Below, piece by piece: positions 30,203 through 38,629 of a DNA stretch of 64,000 bases. The stretch's first letter is position 1; every line of letters begins with the position of its first letter. A model generated the notes under the pieces. That model saw nothing but the letters and a program-made list of their open reading frames with translations, made no database searches and had not been told where the DNA came from. The stretch lies in contig OZ242220.1 in NCBI GenBank assembly GCA_965206745.1, positions 800,001 to 864,000 of the forward strand, written 5' to 3'. The translations under genes were made by a program, and so were the position numbers. This DNA comes from Nitrosopumilus sp. Lineage in GTDB: Archaea; Thermoproteota; Nitrososphaeria; Nitrososphaerales; Nitrosopumilaceae.

Positions 30203-32014
30203 TTGACCGTATCTGATCTTAAGCAGTCTCTTCCCGATTCTGTAAAATCCAAAATAAATTGGTCCAGAATTGAGGAGGCCGACGCCTTTGCAAATACCGT
30301 AAAGCTGTTCCGCCAAGGAAAATATGATGAAGCTAGTTTCAGACGATACCGGCTCCAGCACGGCGCATATGGGACTAGGATGACTGGCGACTATGCCATG
30401 ATCAGAATTAAAATTCCTGCCGGAGAGATCTATCCTGATCAAATTGAAAAAATATCCCAACTAAGTGAGCAGTACTCCATAGGCAGTGCCCACTTTTCAA
30501 CTCGGGAAAACATTCAGCTCCATTGGGTGGTTCTTGAGGATGTCTCTGAAGTCTTTCGAGGTTTGGCCGAAGTCGGACTGACGTCTCGTGAGGCATGCGG
30601 TAATTCTGTAAGGAATGTAATGTGCAGTCCCTTGTCTGGCGTCTGTCCTGATGAGGAATTTGATTCGACTCCTTATGCGCTTGCAACTGCGAGGTTCTTT
30701 CTAAGAAATCCGATGGCTCAAAACCTGCCTCGTAAGTTCAAATTCAATTTTACGTGCTGTGAGAAACACGGAATGGTAAGAATGGTCGATGTGGGACTGA
30801 TCCCACATGTTAGAGAAATTGATGGAACTGCCCAGAGAGGATTCAAAATTTTCTTGGGTGGGGGATTGGGAAACAAATCATATGTTGGACATCAGCTAGA
30901 AGACTTTACTCCTGAGGAAGACTTGCTTCACACTTCGATTGCCGTTATACGAATATTTGACAGAATGGGTGATAGGAAAAATCTTGCCCGAAACAGAATG
31001 AGATATCTGGTAAATGATATGGGCTGGGACAAGTTTCAAAACCTTGTACTCAAAGAGAGAGCTATAGTTCGAGCTACCCAATCAGTTACCACCCAATTAA
31101 AAGTTGATCAAACTCCTGATGTCATCAAGAGACCCATTCGAATCTCCGATGAGAATGGTGGGGAGACGATTCCTGACGGATATGCCAGATGGCTAAAGAC
31201 TAACACCGTAAAGCAAACGCAGGAAGGTTATCGTTCAGTGTTTCTTACCCTTGAAGCAGGCGATATCACTGCAAGCCAGCTGTATGGTTTGGCCGATATC
31301 ATCCGTGCTTTTTCATCTGAAGGCAAGGGCAGATCTGGTTTTTCGCAAAATATTGCCATACGGTACGTACATGAGGATGACTTGCCTCGCCTGTATTCTA
31401 AACTGCTTGAGACTGGATTGGCAAAATCAGGCGCCTTGACCATGGCCGCACCGATTGGCTGCTCTGGAACCACATCTTGTAACCTTGCATTGACTAACTC
31501 GCATAGATTGGCAAAGGAGATCCAAAGAACGTTCTTGGAGCTAAAACTAGATGAGGACGATGATCTTGGCGATTCTTCAATCAAGATTAGCGGATGTCCT
31601 AATTCATGCGGACAGCATGGCATTGCAACAATTGGATTCTTTGGAGGCGGTGGACGTGTTGGAAAAGACATGTATGCTAACTATCAAATGTCCATAGGTG
31701 GCCGCTCTGATGGAGACACCATGTTGGGACAAACCCTTCTTAGGGTTCCTGCAAAACGAGTAATTCCAGTACTTTTAAAGATAATTGAAATCTTCAAGGC
31801 AAACAGAAAATCCGATGACACTCTAAAGTCTTGGATTCACAGAGTTGTAAGTGGAAATGAGGACTCGGAGATCAAGTCGATTATTGATGTTAAAAAAATA
31901 CTGGCGCCCCTGATTACTCCGCCGACGATTCAAGAGGATCCTGACTTTTACTTGGATTATGGAACTGATTCCAGTTATCACACAAAGACTGGAAAGGGTG
32001 AATGTGCTGCTTGA
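30203..32014 (+). CDS. ferredoxin-dependent sulfite/nitrite reductase (siroheme, 4Fe-4S)
   Basis: STRENIQLH, ACGNSVRNV, LPRKFK, CSGTTSC, SGCPNSCGQH; sulfite specificity inferred from gene context. Confidence 0.9.
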   Translation: MTVSDLKQSLPDSVKSKINWSRIEEADAFANTVKLFRQGKYDEASFRRYRLQHGAYGTRMTGDYAMIRIKIPAGEIYPDQIEKISQLSEQYSIGSAHFSTRENIQLHWVVLEDVSEVFRGLAEVGLTSREACGNSVRNVMCSPLSGVCPDEEFDSTPYALATARFFLRNPMAQNLPRKFKFNFTCCEKHGMVRMVDVGLIPHVREIDGTAQRGFKIFLGGGLGNKSYVGHQLEDFTPEEDLLHTSIAVIRIFDRMGDRKNLARNRMRYLVNDMGWDKFQNLVLKERAIVRATQSVTTQLKVDQTPDVIKRPIRISDENGGETIPDGYARWLKTNTVKQTQEGYRSVFLTLEAGDITASQLYGLADIIRAFSSEGKGRSGFSQNIAIRYVHEDDLPRLYSKLLETGLAKSGALTMAAPIGCSGTTSCNLALTNSHRLAKEIQRTFLELKLDEDDDLGDSSIKISGCPNSCGQHGIATIGFFGGGGRVGKDMYANYQMSIGGRSDGDTMLGQTLLRVPAKRVIPVLLKIIEIFKANRKSDDTLKSWIHRVVSGNEDSEIKSIIDVKKILAPLITPPTIQEDPDFYLDYGTDSSYHTKTGKGECAA

Positions 32015-32808
32015 CTGGCTCTGGTAAAATCACAACCGATGTAGACTCTTTGCGTTCCCAAATCCGAGACAAAAGCGTTAGAGTGATTGATGTAAGACGG
32101 GAGGGAGATTATAAGCAGGATCACATTCCATCTGCCGTAAACCTGCCTCTTGCCAATCTTTTATCTGATGACAGTCCTGAACGTGTTTTGAAGCTTGTAA
32201 ATTCCATGGGAATTGACGATGAAACTCCTGTCGTTGTCTATGATGATACGTTTGGTGCTTTGGCATCACGGGTTGCATGGACTTTGGAATACTTGGGACA
32301 CTCAGATGTGACCCTGCTAGAAACCACATATGGTAATTGGAAATCCCTTGGATTGGAAAACGATTCTACCATGCCTGAAATCCAAAGTAAAGAACACTCT
32401 CTAAAATTACGGCCTGAAATTTTGGCCACCTCTGATTATCTGGAAACTGCCAAAACCCGTGATGATGTGATCCTAATTGATAACCGGGAGAGGCTGAACT
32501 TTCTTGAGCAGCATATCCCTGGTGCCATCAGCTTGCCTTATCGCACATTGGCCTCAAATGATAAAATCTTACGCCCAAAAGAGGACATGAAAAGACTGTT
32601 GGATAATCGTATGGTCACAGGGGACTCTGAAATTATTACCTATTGTGGCAGTGTGGGCACTCTTTCTGGCTTGGCATACTATGCGCTAAAATCTGCCGGA
32701 CTGCCTAATGCAAAATTGTATGTTCGTTCCTTCAAAGAGTGGAAGAATCTTCAAAAACCTACCGAAAAACAAGAGGATGCTAATTATTGGGATCTGTCTG
32801 CTGAGTGA
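32011..32808 (+). CDS. tandem-domain rhodanese/thiosulfate sulfurtransferase
   Basis: HIPSA and HIPGA motifs, active loop YCGSVGT; TTG start overlaps the reductase stop (TTGA). Confidence 0.88.
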   Translation: MTGSGKITTDVDSLRSQIRDKSVRVIDVRREGDYKQDHIPSAVNLPLANLLSDDSPERVLKLVNSMGIDDETPVVVYDDTFGALASRVAWTLEYLGHSDVTLLETTYGNWKSLGLENDSTMPEIQSKEHSLKLRPEILATSDYLETAKTRDDVILIDNRERLNFLEQHIPGAISLPYRTLASNDKILRPKEDMKRLLDNRMVTGDSEIITYCGSVGTLSGLAYYALKSAGLPNAKLYVRSFKEWKNLQKPTEKQEDANYWDLSAE

Positions 32809-33930
32809 TTAGGATATCTGCTCTCTGAGTTTTTTTGTTACGGTTCCTTCAATGTTGTCAAATAGCACTATCATCTTTTCTTTGTTGTCTATGAGATAGT
32901 CTGCTCCCCTGTCCTTTAGTCTGATCTTCCACAATCTTATCTCCCTGTGTTCCTCAAAGAAGCTCTCTATCATCTGCTCCCCTGATCTTGTCGGGTCTAT
33001 GAACTCGTCAAAAATATCAATTGTTTTCTCTACGTCTCCCTCCTCTATTGATTCTTTGACTGATTGGATTGCCTGACTGAGTTCTTTCAAATTTTTGACT
33101 GGTCGAGGCAATGTCTTTTTAGTAATCCCAAACAATCCTTTTTTCTCCTTGCCAATTTTTTCTGCGATATTCTCTGCAAGATCATAGATTGGTATTTTAC
33201 TTAGTCCGTCACGTTTTTCATTTTGTACGATTAGTCCCTTTTCTAATAATTTCCTTAACGCTGTTTCGGCATCTATCTTGTCTAAAAATGTCGTCCATAC
33301 AATTGCACCCAACGTATGGTATCCCTGTCTGACTGATTCTAGAACAACTACCTCTTGAATTCTTTTGAATCCTTCCTCTATTCTGACATTCATAAAGTCT
33401 TTGTCCCTGATTGCTTTTCTAGCATTCTTTACATCTATCTCTATGGAGCGTTTGAGGGCCTCTAGTGCTTCAGGAACTTGATTTAGCAAAGACAAAAAGC
33501 ATGCTTGATTATACCATGCCATTCCGTACGTTGGATCTGACTCAATCGCCTTTTGTGTTGCATCTAGGGCTTTTGCATATTTTTTCTGCTCATAATGTAC
33601 CAATCCCTTGAGATTCCAAGCCTCTGGATTTGTAACATCAATCTCTAGAATCTTGTCATACACCTTCAATGCTTCTGCGTGTTCGTCTAGGTGAAATCTG
33701 GCATATCCCAACTTCATCAATGTTTCAACGTTATCTGGGTCAATGCGTAATGCTTGTTCAAATATCTCTACGGCATCCTCTAGCTTTTCATCTGCCATCA
33801 AATTGATGCCTTTTTTAAATAATTTTTTACGATTATAATCTATATCCACCAGACTTCTTTCTTGCGGGATTGTCTTCTCCATCTTTGTTTCCTCTGCCTC
33901 TTTTGACTTTTTCCCGAACGGTTTCTTCAC
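32809..33930 (-). CDS. TPR-repeat protein with internal winged-helix-like domain
   Basis: About 4 TPR motifs (ALRIDPDN, EAWNLKG, AWYNQAC), then VLESVRQGYHTLGAI...ALRKLLEKGLIV. Confidence 0.82.
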   Translation of the reverse strand: MKKPFGKKSKEAEETKMEKTIPQERSLVDIDYNRKKLFKKGINLMADEKLEDAVEIFEQALRIDPDNVETLMKLGYARFHLDEHAEALKVYDKILEIDVTNPEAWNLKGLVHYEQKKYAKALDATQKAIESDPTYGMAWYNQACFLSLLNQVPEALEALKRSIEIDVKNARKAIRDKDFMNVRIEEGFKRIQEVVVLESVRQGYHTLGAIVWTTFLDKIDAETALRKLLEKGLIVQNEKRDGLSKIPIYDLAENIAEKIGKEKKGLFGITKKTLPRPVKNLKELSQAIQSVKESIEEGDVEKTIDIFDEFIDPTRSGEQMIESFFEEHREIRLWKIRLKDRGADYLIDNKEKMIVLFDNIEGTVTKKLREQIS

Positions 33931-34055
33931 AGCTCAAATAGGCGTTTTCTCTAGATAAATACCAACCTTAATTGAGCCTATTGAGATGCGTACCAAATCT
34001 ACAATGGATTTTAGCGATCTAAATACAGAAATACTTGAAATATACATAAACGATT

Positions 34056-35654
34056 GTGTCATCACAGTCACGATTAGAGATTCAAGGTCAGGCGCCATTT
34101 AAGCAATCTGGTGTTTATGAAGCCCAAATCGCAGTCACTAAAAGTAAGCCATCTGATGATGAGATTCGTACCAAGCAATTTTCAACCCTGTGGAAGGGCA
34201 ATTTTCATCTTAGGGTAAAAGATGGATTGTTTTCTGAAACCATTGGTTCTTCTGCAAATCCACTACCTCCATCAATTGTCAGTCTTGACAGGGTTTGGAT
34301 TGTCGTTACTGACTTATTTTCCACACTTTATACCGTATTTGATGTTCCTTTAACTAGTCCAACTTCGCAACCTAGGATAAAACCTGAAGTAAAAACAAAT
34401 GATGTTCAAAAACCCAAACGTTCTACAAAAACAAATATTGTTGGAGAATCTGCCCATAGGGGTACGACCGGCTCAATCGGTCCACCTGGTGATAAAGGCT
34501 CAATCGGTCCACCCGGTTCACAAGGACCTGTGGGTGTTAAGGGTCCAGAAGGCCCACCCGGTTCGCCTGGCGACAAGGGTGCAACTGGTGATAAAGGCAT
34601 GTCCGGCGACAAGGGAATTGCTGGTGACAAAGGTGACAAAGGCGACAAGGGAATTACCGGCGACAAAGGTGACAAAGGCGACAAAGGAGTTACTGGTTCA
34701 CCTGGTGACAAAGGAGAAAAAGGTACGACAGGCCCAATTGGTGATAAAGGCCCAACTGGATTAAAAGGTCCCATTGGCGACAAAGGCGAAAAAGGCCCAA
34801 CTGGATTAATTGGTGACAAAGGTTCTTCTGGATTAAGAGGTGTTCCAGGTGACAAAGGTGATCAAGGTCCGCAAGGCGTTCTCGGCGACAAAGGATTAAC
34901 TGGCCCAATCGGGTCTCCTGGAGAAAAAGGCCCAACTGGTTCATCTGGAATACAAGGTGAAAAAGGAATTCAGGGTGGCCCCGGTCCAATCGGTGACAAA
35001 GGCCCTCTTGGTCTTCACGGTGACAAAGGCCCTCTTGGTCCGCCAGGTCCGCCCGGCGACAAAGGATTAACTGGTTCTACAGGCCCACTTGGAGACAAAG
35101 GTCAACTAGGCCCACCAGGCCCACTTGGAGACAAAGGAAACAAAGGCCCAGAGGGACAAATCGGAGAGAAAGGCCCACAAGGCCCACAAGGCCCAGCAGG
35201 TTCTAAAGGATTAACTGGAGTTCCAGGTCCGCAAGGAGAAAAAGGTGACAAAGGTCCAACTGGTCTAATCGGAGAGAAAGGTCCATCTGGTCCACTCGGA
35301 GCAACTGGAGAGAAAGGCCCACAAGGTCCACAAGGCTCTCAAGGTGAACGTGGCACCACTGGCCCCCCTGGAGAGAAAGGCCCACAAGGCCCACAAGGAA
35401 TTCAAGGTCCACAAGGTGAACGTGGCCCATCTGGCCCAATCGGTTCAATAGGAGAACAAGGCCCTGTGGGAGGACAAGGTCCTGTAGGACCGCCCGGCCC
35501 AAGAGGCCCCCCTGGCCCCCCTGGAGAGAAAGGCCCATCTGGAGGAATGTCTTCAGAACAGAAAGCTCTCTTCAAAGATTTGTTAGAAATTTTGACAGCA
35601 AAAAATACAATCTCTACTGAAGAGCAAATCAAATTGATGAGTTACCTTTACTGA
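34056..35654 (+). CDS. collagen-like triple-helix protein
   Basis: 135-aa N-terminal region, 120 consecutive Gly-X-Y triplets, ~37-aa helical C-terminus. Confidence 0.92.
   Translation: MSSQSRLEIQGQAPFKQSGVYEAQIAVTKSKPSDDEIRTKQFSTLWKGNFHLRVKDGLFSETIGSSANPLPPSIVSLDRVWIVVTDLFSTLYTVFDVPLTSPTSQPRIKPEVKTNDVQKPKRSTKTNIVGESAHRGTTGSIGPPGDKGSIGPPGSQGPVGVKGPEGPPGSPGDKGATGDKGMSGDKGIAGDKGDKGDKGITGDKGDKGDKGVTGSPGDKGEKGTTGPIGDKGPTGLKGPIGDKGEKGPTGLIGDKGSSGLRGVPGDKGDQGPQGVLGDKGLTGPIGSPGEKGPTGSSGIQGEKGIQGGPGPIGDKGPLGLHGDKGPLGPPGPPGDKGLTGSTGPLGDKGQLGPPGPLGDKGNKGPEGQIGEKGPQGPQGPAGSKGLTGVPGPQGEKGDKGPTGLIGEKGPSGPLGATGEKGPQGPQGSQGERGTTGPPGEKGPQGPQGIQGPQGERGPSGPIGSIGEQGPVGGQGPVGPPGPRGPPGPPGEKGPSGGMSSEQKALFKDLLEILTAKNTISTEEQIKLMSYLY
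34461..35540 (+). repeat. Gly-X-Y coding repeat, 120 uninterrupted triplets (rich in GDK/GEK/GPx)
   Basis: Counted in the translation from GTT to GPS; 1080 nt. Confidence 0.95.
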
Positions 35655-35689
35655 GAAATTTAATTTCTAATTCCAAATAACTACCTCAA

Positions 35690-35878
35690 CTATATGACTA
35701 TGATCTTAGGCCTGATGATTCATTGGCTTCATTACTGTTTATGCATTCATTCAACAAGCCTTTTTTAGCAAATCATTTTCAGAATAATGATTTGTCAATG
35801 TCTCTTTTTCACTATTTTGTCGTCAACATTACTTGGAAGATTTCTTAGTAGTTTCAGCATTTCTATATCTGTAGACAT
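35690..35878 (-). pseudogene. possible degraded small gene
   Basis: MSTDIEMLKLLRNLPSNVDDKIVKKRH* followed by multiple in-frame stops. Confidence 0.25.
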
Positions 35879-36019
35879 GTTGCATCATTTTGAAAAATAA
35901 ATGCAATGTCAACTGTGAATGTTTTTTTATTAAACGTTCTACAGCTAACACTGTTTTAAAATTTAGAAAAATGGAAACAATTCGCCGTCTTTGAGACGAT
36001 TGTTAATTTGCAGACGATA

Positions 36020-36442
36020 TTATCGTCTTTTTGCTGCAGTTCGTCTCTTTGGAGCGGCTCTACGTTTTACTGCTGCCTTTCTCTTTGGAGCTGTTCTGCG
36101 TTTTGCGACAGTTCGTCTCTTTGTAGCGGCTCTACGTTTTACTGCTGCCTTTCTCTTTGGAGCTGTTCTGCGTTTTGCTGCCTTTCTCTTTGGAGCTGCT
36201 TTCTTTGCTGCAGTTCGTCTCTTTGGAGCGGCTCTACGTTTTACTGCTGCCTTTCTCTTTGGAGCTGTTCTGCGTTTTGCTACCTTTCTCTTTGGAGCTG
36301 CTTTCTTTGCTGCAGTTCGTCTCTTTGGAGCGGCTCTACGTTTTACTGCTGCCTTTCTCTTTGGAGCTGTTTTGCGTTTTGCTGCTGTAGTAGATTTTTT
36401 AGTTGATCTACGTTTAGTTGCAGCTTTTCTTTTTGTTGCCAT
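36020..36442 (-). CDS. histone-H1-tail/Hc2-like basic repeat protein
   Basis: 140 aa made only of M,A,T,K,R,S,P,V; 69 K+R; internal 34-aa x2 and 24-aa x2 repeats. Confidence 0.85.
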   Translation of the reverse strand: MATKRKAATKRRSTKKSTTAAKRKTAPKRKAAVKRRAAPKRRTAAKKAAPKRKVAKRRTAPKRKAAVKRRAAPKRRTAAKKAAPKRKAAKRRTAPKRKAAVKRRAATKRRTVAKRRTAPKRKAAVKRRAAPKRRTAAKRR

Positions 36443-36737
36443 ACAGAATTCCGTAATTTCATCGTTTTTCAGTAGTTAAACTAAAGAAATTTACACAATT
36501 TGATTACAAATTGTCAAGTAATTTTATTTGGTTTTTTTTATTTTGATCGTAAAAATTCCAATTATCTCTTTTTCAAAGTATTTTTTCAGCCTCAAATTCA
36601 ATTATTTTCCTGCAAATCTTTCATTTGCAAGTATTTTAGGCACAATATTGATTATTTTTTCCAAAATTCTTTTTTTGCAGTTTGTTTTTATTTTTCTTAC
36701 AAAAATTTCCGTTGAGATTTTTTAGATCCATTTTTGA

Positions 36738-37847
36738 TTACACTCCGCGTCTTTTGATGATAGTTAACACGTCTTCATCAATCATCACGTGATTCAAACC
36801 CACTCTCTGTCCTCCAAACTTTACACTCTTTCCCCAAACTAAACCGTACCTGAACTCCCGTTTTAACCTTCGATGCAATTTGTTGCAGATATCTTCTACC
36901 GTATCTCCCTCCCTTGCAATGAGTGGCTCTTTGTAGTCTGTCTCTCCTCCTTTTGGCCTCAGGTATATTCTGATGAATTTTAATCTCCCATAAATTTTCT
37001 CTTTGAGCAAATCGATGTTGAGATCAGCATTTGCAGATACTTCTATTACGTCTGATTTAATTTTGGTTTTCAAATCTTTTAGGAATGTCTCATCAACCAA
37101 ATCGATCTTGTTTAGAATGGTCAGTGCTTTTGAATAACTTATGTTTCCTGCAATATGATCAGCTAACTGTTCTGACGTGACATCCTCCCTTACCACTACG
37201 CGAGCACTAACCAAACCATAAAGGTGTAAAATATCTTTGAGATGTTTTTCTGTAATTTTTGTTAACTTTACTTGCTGTGCAATTGCAATTCCGCCCATTG
37301 ATGCCTTTTCAATAGTAATGTTTGGCGGTAATTGGTTTAACCTAATTCCGATATTTCCTAGCTCATTAATTAGTACATCCTCGTGGTACGGTTGAAACAC
37401 ATCTAATACTAGTAAAACAAGATCTGCAGTTCTTGCAACTGACAAAATTCTCTTTCCTAACCCTTTGCCTGTGGATGCACCTTTGATGATTCCTGGAAGG
37501 TCCAATACCTGAATGTTGGCACCTCGATACTCCATCATTCCTGGAACCACTGTCAAAGTTGTAAACTGAAATGCCCCGACGGTAGATTTTGCACTGGTCA
37601 TTTTGTTTAGTAATGTGGATTTTCCCACACTTGGCAATCCGATAAAAACAACTGTTGCATCTCCACTGCGCCGTACATCAAACCCATCCTGCTTCATGCC
37701 TGACTTTTTGACTACATCTGCCTCTTGCTCTCTTTTGAGCTTTGCAATCTTTGCCTTGAGTAGTCCTATGTGGTGCTCTGTAGCTTTGTTGATCTGAGTC
37801 TTTGCCATTTCATCTTGAATGGCCTTAATTTTTTCAGGAATTCCCAA
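36738..37847 (-). CDS. DRG/OBG-family GTPase with TGS domain
   Basis: TQINKATEHH, GLPSVGKST, FTTLT, DLPGII, NKID, GQRVG. Confidence 0.93.
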   Translation of the reverse strand: MGIPEKIKAIQDEMAKTQINKATEHHIGLLKAKIAKLKREQEADVVKKSGMKQDGFDVRRSGDATVVFIGLPSVGKSTLLNKMTSAKSTVGAFQFTTLTVVPGMMEYRGANIQVLDLPGIIKGASTGKGLGKRILSVARTADLVLLVLDVFQPYHEDVLINELGNIGIRLNQLPPNITIEKASMGGIAIAQQVKLTKITEKHLKDILHLYGLVSARVVVREDVTSEQLADHIAGNISYSKALTILNKIDLVDETFLKDLKTKIKSDVIEVSANADLNIDLLKEKIYGRLKFIRIYLRPKGGETDYKEPLIAREGDTVEDICNKLHRRLKREFRYGLVWGKSVKFGGQRVGLNHVMIDEDVLTIIKRRGV

Positions 37848-37931
37848 CGCTGCTCATTCATTTTCACTTTCTTTTCAAATAAAACCGTATAACTTAGTAG
37901 CAAATATTATTCGGTTCATAAAACAATTATC

Positions 37932-38627
37932 ATGAAAAAGAGAACATTTGCAGTGGATATTGATGGAACTATCACCGAAAATGGCGGGGGTAGAATACAT
38001 CTTGATGCCCTAGAGTCATTACGTCGTCTAACCAACATGGGGCATGATGTGATCTTTGTTACCGGACGTTCTTCTGTTGAGGGATTCTTACTCTCTGTTT
38101 TTGGTGGGACTACAAAGATCGCTGTAGGCGAGAATGGCGGGTGTATTACAATGGATTCCGATGATCATATTTTGTTTGGGAATCTTGACGAATGCAAAAG
38201 AGCTTTTGAAGTAATTAAGGACAATATTGACAACGTTCAAGAAAAACATGTTTTCCCAAGAATGACTGAGGTTGTTTTGGAGAGAACGTTTGATTTGGAT
38301 CTTGCAAGAAAGTTTCTTGCCCAAAAAAATATTTCAGTCGAATTGTCTGACAGCCAATATGCATACCACATCAATTCTCCTGGAATTGACAAGGGAACCG
38401 GCTTTACCAAAATCATGGAGAAACTCTCAATTTCTCGTGATGATGTGATTGCAATTGGAGATAGCGCTACTGATATCCCGTTATTCAAAGTGGCAAAAAC
38501 AAGCATTGCATTGGGCAATGCGTCTGATCATGTGAAATCTGAGGCCACCATGGTAGTTTCTGCGCATGCCGGGGATGGGGTTCTTGAGGCATTAGATAAA
38601 TTAGCGCCCACATTATCTGAGATATAG
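37932..38627 (+). CDS. HAD IIB hydrolase (phosphoglycolate phosphatase, SPP-like)
   Basis: DIDGTIT, VTGR, ENGG, DKGTG, IGDSATD. Confidence 0.85.
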   Translation: MKKRTFAVDIDGTITENGGGRIHLDALESLRRLTNMGHDVIFVTGRSSVEGFLLSVFGGTTKIAVGENGGCITMDSDDHILFGNLDECKRAFEVIKDNIDNVQEKHVFPRMTEVVLERTFDLDLARKFLAQKNISVELSDSQYAYHINSPGIDKGTGFTKIMEKLSISRDDVIAIGDSATDIPLFKVAKTSIALGNASDHVKSEATMVVSAHAGDGVLEALDKLAPTLSEI

Positions 38628-38629
38628 AA

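Noticed and set aside
34399-35632. Pro-rich antisense and alternate-frame ORFs over the collagen gene
   Set aside because: By-products of GGN codon periodicity.
35991-36479. Plus-strand hydrophobic (AAFLFGAVLRF) and Cys/Ser-rich ORFs
   Set aside because: Antisense shadows of the basic repeat gene, which has a clean ATG, tandem stop codons and a known compositional class.
36443-36737. AT-rich spacer as a replication origin, or the 65-71 aa ORFs within it as genes
   Set aside because: No ORB-like repeats or adjacent orc1/cdc6; the ORFs are Phe/Ile-rich artefacts of T tracts.
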